Shown in pieces: positions 10,471-20,226 of a stretch of 64,000 nt of DNA. Within the stretch, counting starts at the first letter, position 1; each line of letters opens with the position of its first letter. The notes under the pieces were generated by a model that saw only the letters and a program-made list of their open reading frames with translations, searched no databases and was not told the origin of the DNA. Where the stretch lies: sequence record MW584153.1; one strand, written 5' to 3'. Position numbers and translations under genes: made by a program. This stretch comes from Mycobacterium phage prophi79-1.

Positions 10471-11103
10471 GTGGATTGGATCGAGCCGCGCACCTGCATC
10501 GATGAGAATCTCACCGTCGATGACAACGGAGCACTGTGCATGCGGCCGTGGGCGGTTCCGCGCCTCGTCCGGGACGTGAAAGTCACCGCAGCCGTCGCGT
10601 CGGCCGCCAACTTCCCCCAGACCGTCATGCCGGGGTTCCTGGTCATGAACCAGAAAGTCGGGTGGATAAACGACGGTCCGCTCCAATGCGACGTACTCAT
10701 CCGGGTGATTCGTTCGTCCAAAGAGTGGATTACCAGTAACCCCAACGCGATTCAGTTTCGTGACCGGTGGACCCACGCCATTGATTCCGAGCCGGCGGTG
10801 CCAGTGACCACAGGCATCTACAACTCACAGACCGGATCCGCAATCGATGTGGGCACCAACACCGTCGCCGAGCCGATGCCTGGCAGGCAGTGGATATGGG
10901 TTGGCTCGGGCATCAGCGACGAATGGGTGTACTCGGTTGCCCCTGGTGCCAGTCTCAACGTCTGGTATCGGTGCTACGTCTGGACCCCGCCGCCATGGAG
11001 CGACAACGCCAACAAGAACTCGCCCCTGCACAGCGCCAAGGCCGCCTATGCGCGAGTCCAGCTCATGGCCATGGCCAGTCAAGGATCGCTGGTGACCGGG
11101 TGA
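10471..11103 (+). CDS. hypothetical or minor tail protein
   Basis: 210-aa ORF with GTG start and protein-like composition. Confidence 0.5.
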   Translation: MDWIEPRTCIDENLTVDDNGALCMRPWAVPRLVRDVKVTAAVASAANFPQTVMPGFLVMNQKVGWINDGPLQCDVLIRVIRSSKEWITSNPNAIQFRDRWTHAIDSEPAVPVTTGIYNSQTGSAIDVGTNTVAEPMPGRQWIWVGSGISDEWVYSVAPGASLNVWYRCYVWTPPPWSDNANKNSPLHSAKAAYARVQLMAMASQGSLVTG

Positions 11104-11699
11104 GCCTGAAAATCTGCACCTTTGAGTACATGCTGTCCGATCACCGCGGAGTCGGCATGCGCAAGAACTTCTTTCCGCGCGTAGTCGCCGAGGCGTTCCT
11201 GGAGTCCACCCGCGATGGCGAGATCAGCCGTGCGCCAGATCCGGTCACCATGATCGATGGCGACCTGACGTGGAACAACAACACCCCGGACGTGCAGATG
11301 CTTGCCATGCAGATTCATCGCGGACCACGCACTGTCGTGGCGCAGAGTCCTGGCACCGTGGTGATCCACGACGCGTTCAGCCATGACGTAGCGATCAGCC
11401 CGCAAGCTGATTTCCCCTCGATCATGCAGGACGCCAGCGGTGGTCGCCTGCAGATCGACCGCCCCTCTGTCGCACGGGAAGACGTGCTCTACGGTCGGTT
11501 CTTCTTCGACACTGATGACTCGATGTGCTGGTCCCCGATCGGGGAGATCAAGCCTGGATTCTCGATGCACTTCCGGTACCTCGCGGCGGTCCAGACGCCC
11601 GGCGTATGGACCATCCCGAGTGAGTTCGAGCCCCGGTGGGAAGCTCACGCCCGCTGGACGCGGCTGCGCGCGTGGGCCTTCCCGTTGGGATCGTCGTGA
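11100..11699 (+). CDS. hypothetical or minor tail protein
   Basis: GTGA overlap with the upstream stop, 199 aa. The upstream part of track ORF 10890.. is a different gene. Confidence 0.5.
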   Translation: MSLKICTFEYMLSDHRGVGMRKNFFPRVVAEAFLESTRDGEISRAPDPVTMIDGDLTWNNNTPDVQMLAMQIHRGPRTVVAQSPGTVVIHDAFSHDVAISPQADFPSIMQDASGGRLQIDRPSVAREDVLYGRFFFDTDDSMCWSPIGEIKPGFSMHFRYLAAVQTPGVWTIPSEFEPRWEAHARWTRLRAWAFPLGSS

Positions 11700-12985
11700 C
11701 ACAACCCTGCGTCAACCCCGACCACTTCGAGATCGTGGGCGGCGCCGTAGCGCCCCAGCCGTGGATGCAGCTGCGCAATGTGGCCAGCGCCGAGGTTGGG
11801 CCAAAGTCCGTGGAGTACGACAGCTCGGGCGGTGGCGCGAAAAACGAGCTGGTGTACAAGGTTCAGACCGACTGGACGAACAACACCCCGATGCGTCAGA
11901 TGGTCTACGGGCTCGTCACCAACGGCGGTCAGCAGGTGGCTCTACAGGCGCGCAGTCGCGCATACCTCGAGTATCGGCACGGGTTCGAAATCAGTGCCGA
12001 CGGCGAAGACATACCCATGGTGCCGGTCAGCCGATTTGGCGGCGGTGCGGATATTGGTCAGGCGGGCATTCTTTCGGTCGGTACGGGCTTCTGCGTCCAT
12101 GACGTCCGCATGAACTCGACTACTCACATGTTCATGCCCCACATCACTGGATGGTTTCCCGTCGAGCCGGGGGAGAAGTTCAACGCTCGCGTGGAGCTGT
12201 GGTTCAAGAGCGAGAACTGGGAAAACTCGATGATCGACAAGGGGGACCAGGGAACTGAGTCGCTGTACCGAGATGCCGGCACTCGCCTTGACCTGTTCGC
12301 CGTTCCCGTGCTCGGTGAGCCGATCGTGCGATCGACGCCGACAGTGGTTGGAGCGTCGTGGAATATCGAGACCGACACCGCCGTGGCGGTGAACAAGCCC
12401 GCTGGAACTGCCGAGGGTGACTACATGGTCGCGGTAGTCGGGAACGCCTCGGGCAATGCCAGCCAGGTCACCTTGCCGTCTGGATGGACACTGCTCGACC
12501 AGCATGACGGCGGCTTCGGCGTGTTGCACGTGAAGGTTGCCACCAAGGTTGCCGGACCGTCTGAGCCCTCTTCATACACATTCGGGCACAGTGGATTCCC
12601 GTTGTCGGAAGGCATGGCCCAGATCGTGACGCTGCGCGGCGTGGATACCGCGGTGCTGCCGGACGTCGCGCTGCAGTTCACCAAGCCATCACTGCTCGGT
12701 GGAAAGAACACGATGTTGCCGTCGATCGTCAGCTACAACAAGCTGATGCTGGCATTCAGCTTTGTTAACCAGCTCGTAGGTCAGATCTACCAGACACCAC
12801 CACCCGGTATGACGAAGCTGACCGATGACCAGGGCGACTACAACGCACTTTCGATCGCGTACCAGGCCAACCCGCCTATCCCGACGGGTCTGCGGCCGTT
12901 CAAGGCAGACCGACATGTCCTCATCGGTGACGGCCGTGTCAGTGGAGTTATTACGGTGACAGGACCGGTGATTGAGCCGACCTAA
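11696..12985 (+). CDS. minor tail protein
   Basis: 429 aa, GTGA overlap start. Large protein in the tail module. Confidence 0.55.
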   Translation: MTQPCVNPDHFEIVGGAVAPQPWMQLRNVASAEVGPKSVEYDSSGGGAKNELVYKVQTDWTNNTPMRQMVYGLVTNGGQQVALQARSRAYLEYRHGFEISADGEDIPMVPVSRFGGGADIGQAGILSVGTGFCVHDVRMNSTTHMFMPHITGWFPVEPGEKFNARVELWFKSENWENSMIDKGDQGTESLYRDAGTRLDLFAVPVLGEPIVRSTPTVVGASWNIETDTAVAVNKPAGTAEGDYMVAVVGNASGNASQVTLPSGWTLLDQHDGGFGVLHVKVATKVAGPSEPSSYTFGHSGFPLSEGMAQIVTLRGVDTAVLPDVALQFTKPSLLGGKNTMLPSIVSYNKLMLAFSFVNQLVGQIYQTPPPGMTKLTDDQGDYNALSIAYQANPPIPTGLRPFKADRHVLIGDGRVSGVITVTGPVIEPT

Positions 12986-13002
12986 CCTCTGGAGGTCATA
13001 CG

Positions 13003-13365
13003 ATGTACAACCCGCCCGAAGGCTATCTGGACTTTCTCGATGATGTGTCGCGGAGCGTGCGCGAGTACGGGCCGTACGTCACGCACGAGATACCCGGCAT
13101 TGGTCCGCTGCGCGTACGTCGGCCTATCCCAAAGTCATTGGCCGCCCTCGGCAAGGCGGTTGGCGCCAAGATCAGCGACGCCGAGCGCAACAGCTACATC
13201 GGCCTGTTCGTCCAGAACCACGTGGAGCCCGACGATTTCACGCGCCTGCTAGCCGGCATGATGTTGGGGGACTATCCCTCCGACGCGGTGGCCCTGGTCT
13301 GCAAATCGATTAGCACGTGGGGCACCGCCCGCCCTACGGTGCCGTCATCAACCTCGCGTTGCTGA
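13003..13365 (+). CDS. hypothetical protein
   Basis: 120 aa, ATG preceded by a GGAGG SD. Confidence 0.55.
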   Translation: MYNPPEGYLDFLDDVSRSVREYGPYVTHEIPGIGPLRVRRPIPKSLAALGKAVGAKISDAERNSYIGLFVQNHVEPDDFTRLLAGMMLGDYPSDAVALVCKSISTWGTARPTVPSSTSRC

Positions 13366-13658
13366 CGGCTCACAATTGGAGGGCTGTTCGCAGCCACATC
13401 ATCGGTCTCGGCATCGGCGACCCGCTAGAGATGCCGTCCATGCACCAAATCCTCGATATCACCGAGAAACTGGTCCTTGAATCGTTCGTGTCTTCCGACC
13501 ATAAGAAAGACCAGCGCGACCGCGAGCATTTCATCGACACCCTGTATCGACCGAACTTGGAAGAGATCAGCACGGGTGGTGGCGAGCTGGCGGTACCTGC
13601 GGGGTTCGAGGATGGCGGAGAGGATTCGTTCTCGTCGTTCATGGCTCAGGCACGGTAG
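13317..13658 (+). CDS. hypothetical protein (start uncertain; TTG at 13359 avoids a 49-nt overlap)
   Basis: 113-aa ORF, acidic C-terminus. Confidence 0.4.
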   Translation: MGHRPPYGAVINLALLTAHNWRAVRSHIIGLGIGDPLEMPSMHQILDITEKLVLESFVSSDHKKDQRDREHFIDTLYRPNLEEISTGGGELAVPAGFEDGGEDSFSSFMAQAR

Positions 13659-13676
13659 GTCGCTACCCTCACGCCT

Positions 13677-14087
13677 GTGCCACTTGTTGCAGCCCTCGAT
13701 CTCTCGCAGCCGATCGGTGAGCGGCTGCCGCCCGAGGTCATCGCGGAGATCAAGGAAGTGGCCCCGTCGAGCGTCGAGAACGGCGCCATCACGACCGACA
13801 AGCTGCGAGACGGCGCGGTCACATCGCAGAAGATCGCGCCGGGCGCAGTCGACGATCTCGCTATCGGCAACGGTCAAGTTAAGAACGCGGCCCTGGCGAA
13901 CGGCGCTGTCTCGGAAGCCAAGATCGCCGATGACGCGGTGACGCCGGCCAAATGCGGTACCGGAGTGGTGACCGCAGAAGATGCAACCGGCGCGGCGATT
14001 GAGCTGAAAGTCAAGTTCGTCACTTCCACGCAGTATGCGGCTCTCACCACGAAAGACCCCAACGTCCTGTACTTCACAACGGACTGA
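13677..14087 (+). CDS. repeat-containing tail-fibre-like protein
   Basis: 136 aa with about 10-11-residue repeats (NGAITTDKL / DGAVTSQKI / NGAVSEAKI / DDAVTPAK). Confidence 0.5.
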   Translation: MPLVAALDLSQPIGERLPPEVIAEIKEVAPSSVENGAITTDKLRDGAVTSQKIAPGAVDDLAIGNGQVKNAALANGAVSEAKIADDAVTPAKCGTGVVTAEDATGAAIELKVKFVTSTQYAALTTKDPNVLYFTTD

Positions 14088-14803
14088 TGAGCGGGTACCA
14101 CGGGATCGGCCCGATTGCGGGCGCCTACCGCGGGAGCGCCCCACTCACAGCCGCGTATCGTGGCTCGGTCAAGGTGTGGTCACGAAACCGCATGTTCGAC
14201 AACTTCTCCGGGCCAAACATCGATCTCAAAGACACCGGCCGATGGGCTGATCTTGGCCCCTCCACGGACTACCGGGCGGCGATAGTCGATGGGGTTATGC
14301 GCCTCGGCATGCCGGATGGCCTCATCGCCACTACCAACCGATTCAGCCGGGCCCGATACACCGTCGCCCAGCACGCGGCCGACGACGGATACATCGAGTG
14401 CCGCGCTGCTACCAAGGGCAACGGATCTCCACCGCTCGGCGGTGCGTCGTATACGACGATCCTCTATCGCCGGGCCAACAACACCGGCGCGACGCAGACG
14501 CATGGGGTCGGAATCGGACTGCGAGAATCGAAGCTGTTCATCGCCCTGCGTGCGTCGAGCATTGACGCCGAAGTGGTGCAGTGCGGCAGCTTCGGTGCGG
14601 GAGATATCTTCCGACTCAAGCAAGTCGGCAATCTGCACAGCATGTATCGCAATGGCCAGTTCGTCGGCGAGTGGAAGGACACCAACAACCTTGCCGCGAT
14701 GGGGCCGGACTATCGCTCGATGACAGTCCGCGTCGATGCTTCCAAGGACATCCTCGGACCGCGCCGATTTTCGCCGGCACTCGATTACGTTGAGTGCAGC
14801 TAG
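14087..14803 (+). CDS. hypothetical or minor tail protein
   Basis: 238 aa, ATGA overlap. Last + strand gene of the tail block. Confidence 0.5.
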   Translation: MSGYHGIGPIAGAYRGSAPLTAAYRGSVKVWSRNRMFDNFSGPNIDLKDTGRWADLGPSTDYRAAIVDGVMRLGMPDGLIATTNRFSRARYTVAQHAADDGYIECRAATKGNGSPPLGGASYTTILYRRANNTGATQTHGVGIGLRESKLFIALRASSIDAEVVQCGSFGAGDIFRLKQVGNLHSMYRNGQFVGEWKDTNNLAAMGPDYRSMTVRVDASKDILGPRRFSPALDYVECS

Positions 14804-15222
14804 GTCCGCGCGCCCCAGTTTCCCGGTCCGCGACGGTGCCGATTCCAGACGTCGATCGTTTCCTCGGACCAGCCGCGGTACTTACCGATCCGGGCATCTT
14901 CTTCCGGAAGTGCGTACTTGGTGAGTGACGACGCGCCCTTGAGGCCGAGAAACTGCGCTACTTCGGAAATGCCCATGTAGTGGACTGGCGTGCGACGGCT
15001 GGTCTTCGTCGGCTGCTTCTTCCAGTTGCCGGGTCCACGGCGGTTGGCGTTCCACGTCGCGATGGACTCTTCCGTCCATCCCCGATAGCTGCCGATGGTG
15101 GCGTCTTCCCGGGGGAGCCTGTATTTGGTCAGCGACGCTGTGTTCTTGAGCCCTAGGTATTGCGCTACGTCGTTAGCGCTTAGGTACTGCACTACCTTCT
15201 TGCGCAGTGCAGTTGCGCTCAC
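14800..15222 (-). CDS. tandem helix-turn-helix (MerR/excisionase-like) DNA-binding protein
   Basis: Two near-identical about 65-aa repeats (VAQYLGLKNTASLTKYRLPREDATIGSYRGWTEESIATWN / VAQFLGLKGASSLTKYALPEEDARIGKYRGWSEETIDVWN). Confidence 0.6.
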   Translation of the reverse strand: MSATALRKKVVQYLSANDVAQYLGLKNTASLTKYRLPREDATIGSYRGWTEESIATWNANRRGPGNWKKQPTKTSRRTPVHYMGISEVAQFLGLKGASSLTKYALPEEDARIGKYRGWSEETIDVWNRHRRGPGNWGART

Positions 15223-15233
15223 CGTGGTCTCCT

Positions 15234-15632
15234 TTAGCTGCGTCGTGGTTGCCGGTCACCTACGAGTATAGGCAGTATCAGCCCGCTGTCGACCGCAGCC
15301 CGGCCAATCACGGCGCGTTGCCAGTCGGCACGAGGATCGTCGCGGACCGGCATTTCGAACGGATTGTCCTCGCTGGCCTGGGAGTCCTTAGCAACATCGA
15401 TGACCTTCTCGACGTCCCGATCGAATTCTTCGATGACGCCCAGAATGCTATCGATGAGGCCCGGGGGGCAGGCGGATCGGCCAATTTCGATGTCGGAGAA
15501 GCTCTTGGGCTTCATGCCGAGTTTAAACGCCATGGAGTGCGAGCTGAGCCCGATGTAGTTGCGATGCGCACGGATCAGCTCACCGAGACCTTCGGTGTAC
15601 TCCGGGGGTCGTTTTTCGGGCACGTCGTCTCC
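15234..15632 (-). CDS. XRE-family HTH DNA-binding protein
   Basis: GTG start with a GAGGAG SD. HTH segment AFKLGMKPKSFSDIEIGRS. The upstream 50 aa of the track ORF is Arg-rich non-coding. Confidence 0.55.
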   Translation of the reverse strand, partial: GDDVPEKRPPEYTEGLGELIRAHRNYIGLSSHSMAFKLGMKPKSFSDIEIGRSACPPGLIDSILGVIEEFDRDVEKVIDVAKDSQASEDNPFEMPVRDDPRADWQRAVIGRAAVDSGLILPILVGDRQPRRS

Positions 15633-15706
15633 TCGTAGACACGACGACCCCGACGTTTGTGGCTGGGGCGGGCCAACAAACATCGGGGTCGGGGGATCGC
15701 ACCAAG

Positions 15707-16279
15707 CTACCACCCGCGTTTGGCCTTGCATATGGGACCGATACCGGCCTCGATGCTCGCCTCGTCGGTTAGTTCCAAGCCACAGCATATGCAGATGCCG
15801 TAGAGCTTCCCCAACTCTGCACAGCGGTCCTGGTCGTCATCGATACGTTTGCCGGTGGCTCGCACCTCACGCAGGATTCCCACCGCAATGTCGAACCTGC
15901 GCGTCTTGGTGTCTAGGACTTTGCCGTACTGACGTCCAGAGCCGTGGACGGCGTGGATAACCTTGACGATCCGGCCGTCGGCCAGCTCGTAGAAGCCGTC
16001 CTCGATCTCAAGGGCATCAGGTCCGCCGACATGCGATCGCACTGCGTTCACCGCGTCCTGGTGAGCATGCAGATACGCCCTGGTCTCTTCGATACGGGCG
16101 CTGGCACCCGACTTGCTCAATCGATCCAATAGGGCGTCGATCTCCTCCGATGCCGCGTCCTCCCGCTTGCCGTTCAGCTGCGCCTTCTGGAGCAGCAGCG
16201 AGCGCAGATAGCTTCGTTGTGAATCAGTGATGGGGTCAACGTCCACGCCTGATGCGGGTGCGGCAAATGGTGATCGCAT
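15707..16279 (-). CDS. hypothetical protein with C-terminal Cys cluster (ICICCG...ICK)
   Basis: 190 aa. Preceded on the minus strand by conserved promoter/leader module 1. Confidence 0.55.
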   Translation of the reverse strand: MRSPFAAPASGVDVDPITDSQRSYLRSLLLQKAQLNGKREDAASEEIDALLDRLSKSGASARIEETRAYLHAHQDAVNAVRSHVGGPDALEIEDGFYELADGRIVKVIHAVHGSGRQYGKVLDTKTRRFDIAVGILREVRATGKRIDDDQDRCAELGKLYGICICCGLELTDEASIEAGIGPICKAKRGW

Positions 16280-16363
16280 GTCTCGGTCCTTTCCGATTGG
16301 GCGGGTTTCGTCCCTGCCTCTGTCTCAATAATACCTATGGTTGTCGGTATTGAACCTGGTTTA

Positions 16364-16504
16364 GGAGATCAATGCCAGGAACGGAACGGCCACCGCTGAC
16401 CCTAGGGTGACCACGCCAAAGAACGCTGAGAGTGTCCTGTTTTCGGGGCAGCACACCAGGCCAATGAGACCGAGTATGAACACCCCGACGCAGGTCATCA
16501 TGCC
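16364..16504 (-). CDS. small 2-TM membrane protein (46 aa), holin-like
   Basis: Not in the track (<60 aa). High GC3 and ATGA overlap with the upstream gene. Sequence MMTCVGVFILGLIGLVCCPENRTLSAFFGVVTLGSAVAVPFLALIS. Confidence 0.35.
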
Positions 16505-16650
16505 GCATCGGCGCGCACGTCGACGAGCGCGTAGGGGATAGGCGCGTCGGGGTCGCGCAGGGACTCAGCCCATGCGATATGTCGCTGAGCTTCAATGAAT
16601 CTGGTGGTCTTTCGATGCCGATACCAGGTGGTCAATGCTTCGATCATCGG
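16501..16650 (-). CDS. small hypothetical protein (49 aa)
   Basis: ATGA overlaps on both sides, moderate GC3. Confidence 0.3.
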
Positions 16651-16763
16651 TCTGCCACCAGGTCGGCGGAGATATGATTCGGGTTCGGCTCAACCGGTCC
16701 GTAGTAGGGCTCGGGTTCGATGTAGTCCTCGTCGCTCGGTGCGTACGAGAGATAGCTGATCAT
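16647..16763 (-). CDS. small acidic hypothetical protein (38 aa)
   Basis: High GC3 frame. Conserved leader motif and AGGAA SD upstream. The overlapping track ORF 16690..16899 is in the wrong frame. Confidence 0.3.
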
Positions 16764-17031
16764 AGGTCCGTTCCTGTTCTGGCGGGTTCATCCCTGCCTC
16801 GTGGAAATGTTGGACGCCGGGGCCGTCGGGCCCCGGCGGGTACATCCCCTTGTTCCGCGCTGTAACCGCCGACGCGGCGCTGCAGCTGCGCGGAGACATC
16901 TATTAGCTGATCGCCCCCTCGGGGTGGCTCGTCCCTTGGTGTGGCATACGTGGTTCCTTCCACTCGTGAGCGGGTTTCTTCCCTGCCCTCTCCTCTAATG
17001 ATACTACCTATAACAATGGGTAGAGTCAATT

Positions 17032-18273
17032 GTGAAATGGCGTGCACGGCCGATGCCTACCGTCTGCGCTGTGCCACGGTTTCTCCCGCTCAAGGCGGGT
17101 TCGTTCCGGTGGGGTTCGGGATTCGGACCTCGCTCAGGGACAGCGCATCTCGGACAGGACTTCGAGGCCGTTGACGGCACTCCGATCTACGCCGCGCAAG
17201 GTGGTGATGTCGCCTACATAGGCGCGGCTGTCGGATTCGGGCAGTGGATCGTCCTTGACCACCCGGCCGTCGAGGGCGCGGGCACCACGGTGTACGGCCA
17301 CATGTGGAATGCCTTCGCAACGGGCCTCAAACAGGGCGACCGGGTGAGCGCGGGCCAGCTGATCGGCTATGTCGGCGCGAACGGCCAAGCAACTGGCCCG
17401 CATCTGCATTTCGAGGTCCACCCAACGATGTGGCGGGCCGGTTCCCAGATCGACCCCCGGCCATGGCTTGCCGGTGCACTCAATCCAGGAGGAAACGTGG
17501 GCGTCTCAGGCGATCCCATCTGGCTCGAAGATGTTCTCCGTCCGGCGCTCGGCGACCGGCTGCGCACTCTGCCCGGCTGGAAGACCGACGGCGTCGGCGG
17601 CACCATGGGCACGATCTGGGGTGTCATCTGGCACCACACCGGAAACGCTGCTGAGAAGCCAGAATCCATCAGCAAGGGGCGCCCAGACCTCCCGGGCCCG
17701 CTGGCGCAGATCCACATCGCACCGGACGGAATCGTCACGATAGTCGCGGTCGGACCGTGCAACCATGCCGGCCGTGGCTCGTGGCCGGGACTGCCCACCG
17801 ACAACGCCAACGCGTACACGATTGGTATCGAGTGCGCCTATCCGCGTGACACTTCGCTGACGGAGGAGACGATCACGCGCGAGCCGTGGCCTGCCGCACA
17901 AATCATCTCGATGCGTGACGTCGGTGCGGCGCTGACCAAACACCTACAAGTCCCGGTATCTCACAACATCTCGCATGCGCAGTGGGCGCGATTCGGGCCT
18001 GCTGGCGTGCGCCAATACAAATGGGACCCCGGCAATCTCGACATGGACTGGTTCCGGGGCGAGATCCAGAAGGACATCGACGGCTATCAGTTCCCCGGGG
18101 AGACGCCGCCAACCACACTGCCCACCTCACCCGACTACCCGCGGGAGATTTGGGATCAGCTGCGTATCGAGTGGCCGCAGCTCGGTGGTCGCACGCTCGT
18201 CAACGCGGTCGCAGTCATCGGAAAGCAGCTGGGCATCAACGGTTTCGCCCCGATCGGAAAGGACGCCTCATGA
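17032..18273 (+). CDS. lysA: endolysin, lysin A (M23 peptidase + N-acetylmuramoyl-L-alanine amidase domains)
   Basis: GQDFEAVDGTPIYAAQGGDV...GPHLHFEVH is an M23 motif. The C-terminal half (IWHHTGN...TIGIECAYP) is amidase_2/PGRP-like. GTG start. Confidence 0.85.
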   Translation: MKWRARPMPTVCAVPRFLPLKAGSFRWGSGFGPRSGTAHLGQDFEAVDGTPIYAAQGGDVAYIGAAVGFGQWIVLDHPAVEGAGTTVYGHMWNAFATGLKQGDRVSAGQLIGYVGANGQATGPHLHFEVHPTMWRAGSQIDPRPWLAGALNPGGNVGVSGDPIWLEDVLRPALGDRLRTLPGWKTDGVGGTMGTIWGVIWHHTGNAAEKPESISKGRPDLPGPLAQIHIAPDGIVTIVAVGPCNHAGRGSWPGLPTDNANAYTIGIECAYPRDTSLTEETITREPWPAAQIISMRDVGAALTKHLQVPVSHNISHAQWARFGPAGVRQYKWDPGNLDMDWFRGEIQKDIDGYQFPGETPPTTLPTSPDYPREIWDQLRIEWPQLGGRTLVNAVAVIGKQLGINGFAPIGKDAS

Positions 18274-19415
18274 CCTGGACACCGCCCGACGAAATCGGCG
18301 AGAGTGATCCGCTGCTGCCCGCTGCGCGTAAGTACCTGTCGCGGTTCAGCTACGGTGCCAAGCTCAAGGGCACAACCAGCGAGGTCATCGACGCCGACTA
18401 TCTGGAGGCCCAGCGGCAATTCAAGAACAACCGGCACACTGAGGTCGTCAAGGGCTATAAGCCCGGCCCGGACCTCGACCCGAACAGTCCTGCATTCGAC
18501 TGGGCGACGAAGTCGCAGATGCTGCTGATCGGTGGCCCCGAGGCTCCACCGCCCACCAAGCCGTACTACGGGCTCAGCTGGACCGGCACATGGGGTCGCT
18601 GGGACAACGGATTCGGCTGGGACACGATGCAACTGCTCGACCGGAGGCGATTCGATATTCAGGGCCTCGGGTACAACACCAACGCGTTCATGATCGGTAA
18701 CGACCCCACGCACAGCTATCTGGACATGATCGAGGACGGTGTCGCGGAGGGGCGCAAGTTCGCGATTCCCGACCGACGTAAGAAGGTGCTATTCGGGTAT
18801 TCCGGCGGCGCGGGCTGCGTGGTCGAGTTCCTGAATCGATGGCCGGCAGAGCGGCGCGACGAGATCGCGATGGTCGTGCAGTTCGGCGACCCTAACCGGC
18901 CCGAGGGGCCGACGCTGCTCGGCAACAACCCTGGCGGGCACGGGATCTCCGAAGACTTCCCGCCGGACTGGATTCTGAACCGGTACTACAGCTTCACGCT
19001 GCCGGGGGATATGTACCCCAACGCTGCTGGGCTGCTGCCGCTGTTCTACGACATCCTGGTGCGCATGGAGGCGACACCCGAGTTCGCCATGTACCTGTTC
19101 AACCTGTTCGTCGGCCAGTTGGGCTACCTCACCAGCTTCGGCGCCGCCGCCCTTGGAGTCAGCGGCAACCCGTCGCTGGCTGGCTTCGGCCAGCTCGCCG
19201 GGCTGCTGCCCCTGATCACTGGAAGTAGTACCAGCCAGACTCCGAGCCTGCTCGCCATGATCTTCAATATCGGGAACATCGTTGTGTCCCTGCAGAAATT
19301 GCTCAAGTTCGTAATCAGCCAAGACCACAATATGTACAACGACCCCGGCCACCGTGTGTTCGACGGAATGACCGCAGTGGAGAAGGCGGCGCAGCTGGTC
19401 AACGCGCTGCCATGA
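18270..19415 (+). CDS. lysB: lysin B (mycolylarabinogalactan esterase, cutinase-like)
   Basis: ATGA overlap with lysA. GYSGG serine-esterase motif (LFGYSGGAG). The track ORF from 17982 is an out-of-context upstream extension. Confidence 0.85.
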   Translation: MTWTPPDEIGESDPLLPAARKYLSRFSYGAKLKGTTSEVIDADYLEAQRQFKNNRHTEVVKGYKPGPDLDPNSPAFDWATKSQMLLIGGPEAPPPTKPYYGLSWTGTWGRWDNGFGWDTMQLLDRRRFDIQGLGYNTNAFMIGNDPTHSYLDMIEDGVAEGRKFAIPDRRKKVLFGYSGGAGCVVEFLNRWPAERRDEIAMVVQFGDPNRPEGPTLLGNNPGGHGISEDFPPDWILNRYYSFTLPGDMYPNAAGLLPLFYDILVRMEATPEFAMYLFNLFVGQLGYLTSFGAAALGVSGNPSLAGFGQLAGLLPLITGSSTSQTPSLLAMIFNIGNIVVSLQKLLKFVISQDHNMYNDPGHRVFDGMTAVEKAAQLVNALP

Positions 19416-19590
19416 CGAGCCCTCAGAAGCCCTGTACCGCTTCCATTGTGAGATTCAGGCACTAGGTCAAGTTGGACAATATCGTCAGCCTCAAGGCATC
19501 TGATCGCTGTGGCGATACCTGCTGATGTCACTGTGCTTGGTTATGGTGGGAGACGCCTTGGTCGGGCAGATGTCTCGGGAGACAAGAAAA

Positions 19591-19622
19591 TCCCCCGGTA
19601 GCAATCGCTACCGGGGGATTTT
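19591..19622. terminator. bidirectional rho-independent terminator
   Basis: Perfect 12-bp stem TCCCCCGGTAGC / GCTACCGGGGGA flanked by AAAA and TTTT, between convergent lysB and the leftward operon. Confidence 0.65.
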
Positions 19623-19685
19623 CGATGCGGGGACTATCGGTGGTTCCTGTCGCCGGGGGATGTCCGACAGGCCGACGAACTCAGA

Positions 19686-20183
19686 TTACAGCAGGCCGAG
19701 TTCTGTCATCGCGGTCTGGGCCACCGCAACGTCGTCCTCATCCGGCTTGGTGAGGATCCAGGGTGCGCTCTTGCCCTTCTTGGCCGTACCGCGGCCAAGC
19801 CGCCCGAGCACCCAGTCGTTCGGACCGTCCAGAACGCGTCCGAGCGTGCGCAACAGTGCCATCTGAAATACGAGCATGTCCTCGACTTGCTCATTCTCGT
19901 TCTCCAACCGAACCACATCGCAGCGGATGGTGTTGGTCTCGGCGCTGATTTCGGTGCTGATCACGTCACGTTCGAGCGGCTTGATCAACAGCAGCTCACC
20001 CTCGAACTCCGTGAACTTGTAACCTGCGCCTCCACCGCCCGGCATCGCGAACGGATCTTTGGGCTTGGACGTCATGGTGACGGCGCCGCCCTCGTCCTCG
20101 GGGTCAGCGACCGCGACCGCCGATGCCTTCGGCCGCGTGGCGGTAGCGGTTCCGCCCTTGGGACCGGCGAACGGATTGGCCAT
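19686..20183 (-). CDS. hypothetical protein (last gene of the leftward replication operon)
   Basis: 165 aa, strong AAGGAGAA SD. Confidence 0.6.
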   Translation of the reverse strand: MANPFAGPKGGTATATRPKASAVAVADPEDEGGAVTMTSKPKDPFAMPGGGGAGYKFTEFEGELLLIKPLERDVISTEISAETNTIRCDVVRLENENEQVEDMLVFQMALLRTLGRVLDGPNDWVLGRLGRGTAKKGKSAPWILTKPDEDDVAVAQTAMTELGLL

Positions 20184-20226
20184 TTTTCATTCTCCTTTTC
20201 GGTGTGTGCGTGGTGTGTGCGGGGTG

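Noticed and set aside
17982-19415. Single 477-aa ORF spanning the end of lysA and all of lysB.
   Set aside because: The first 96 aa are an Arg/Pro-rich alternative frame over the lysA 3' end. lysB starts at the ATG at 18270 with an ATGA overlap.
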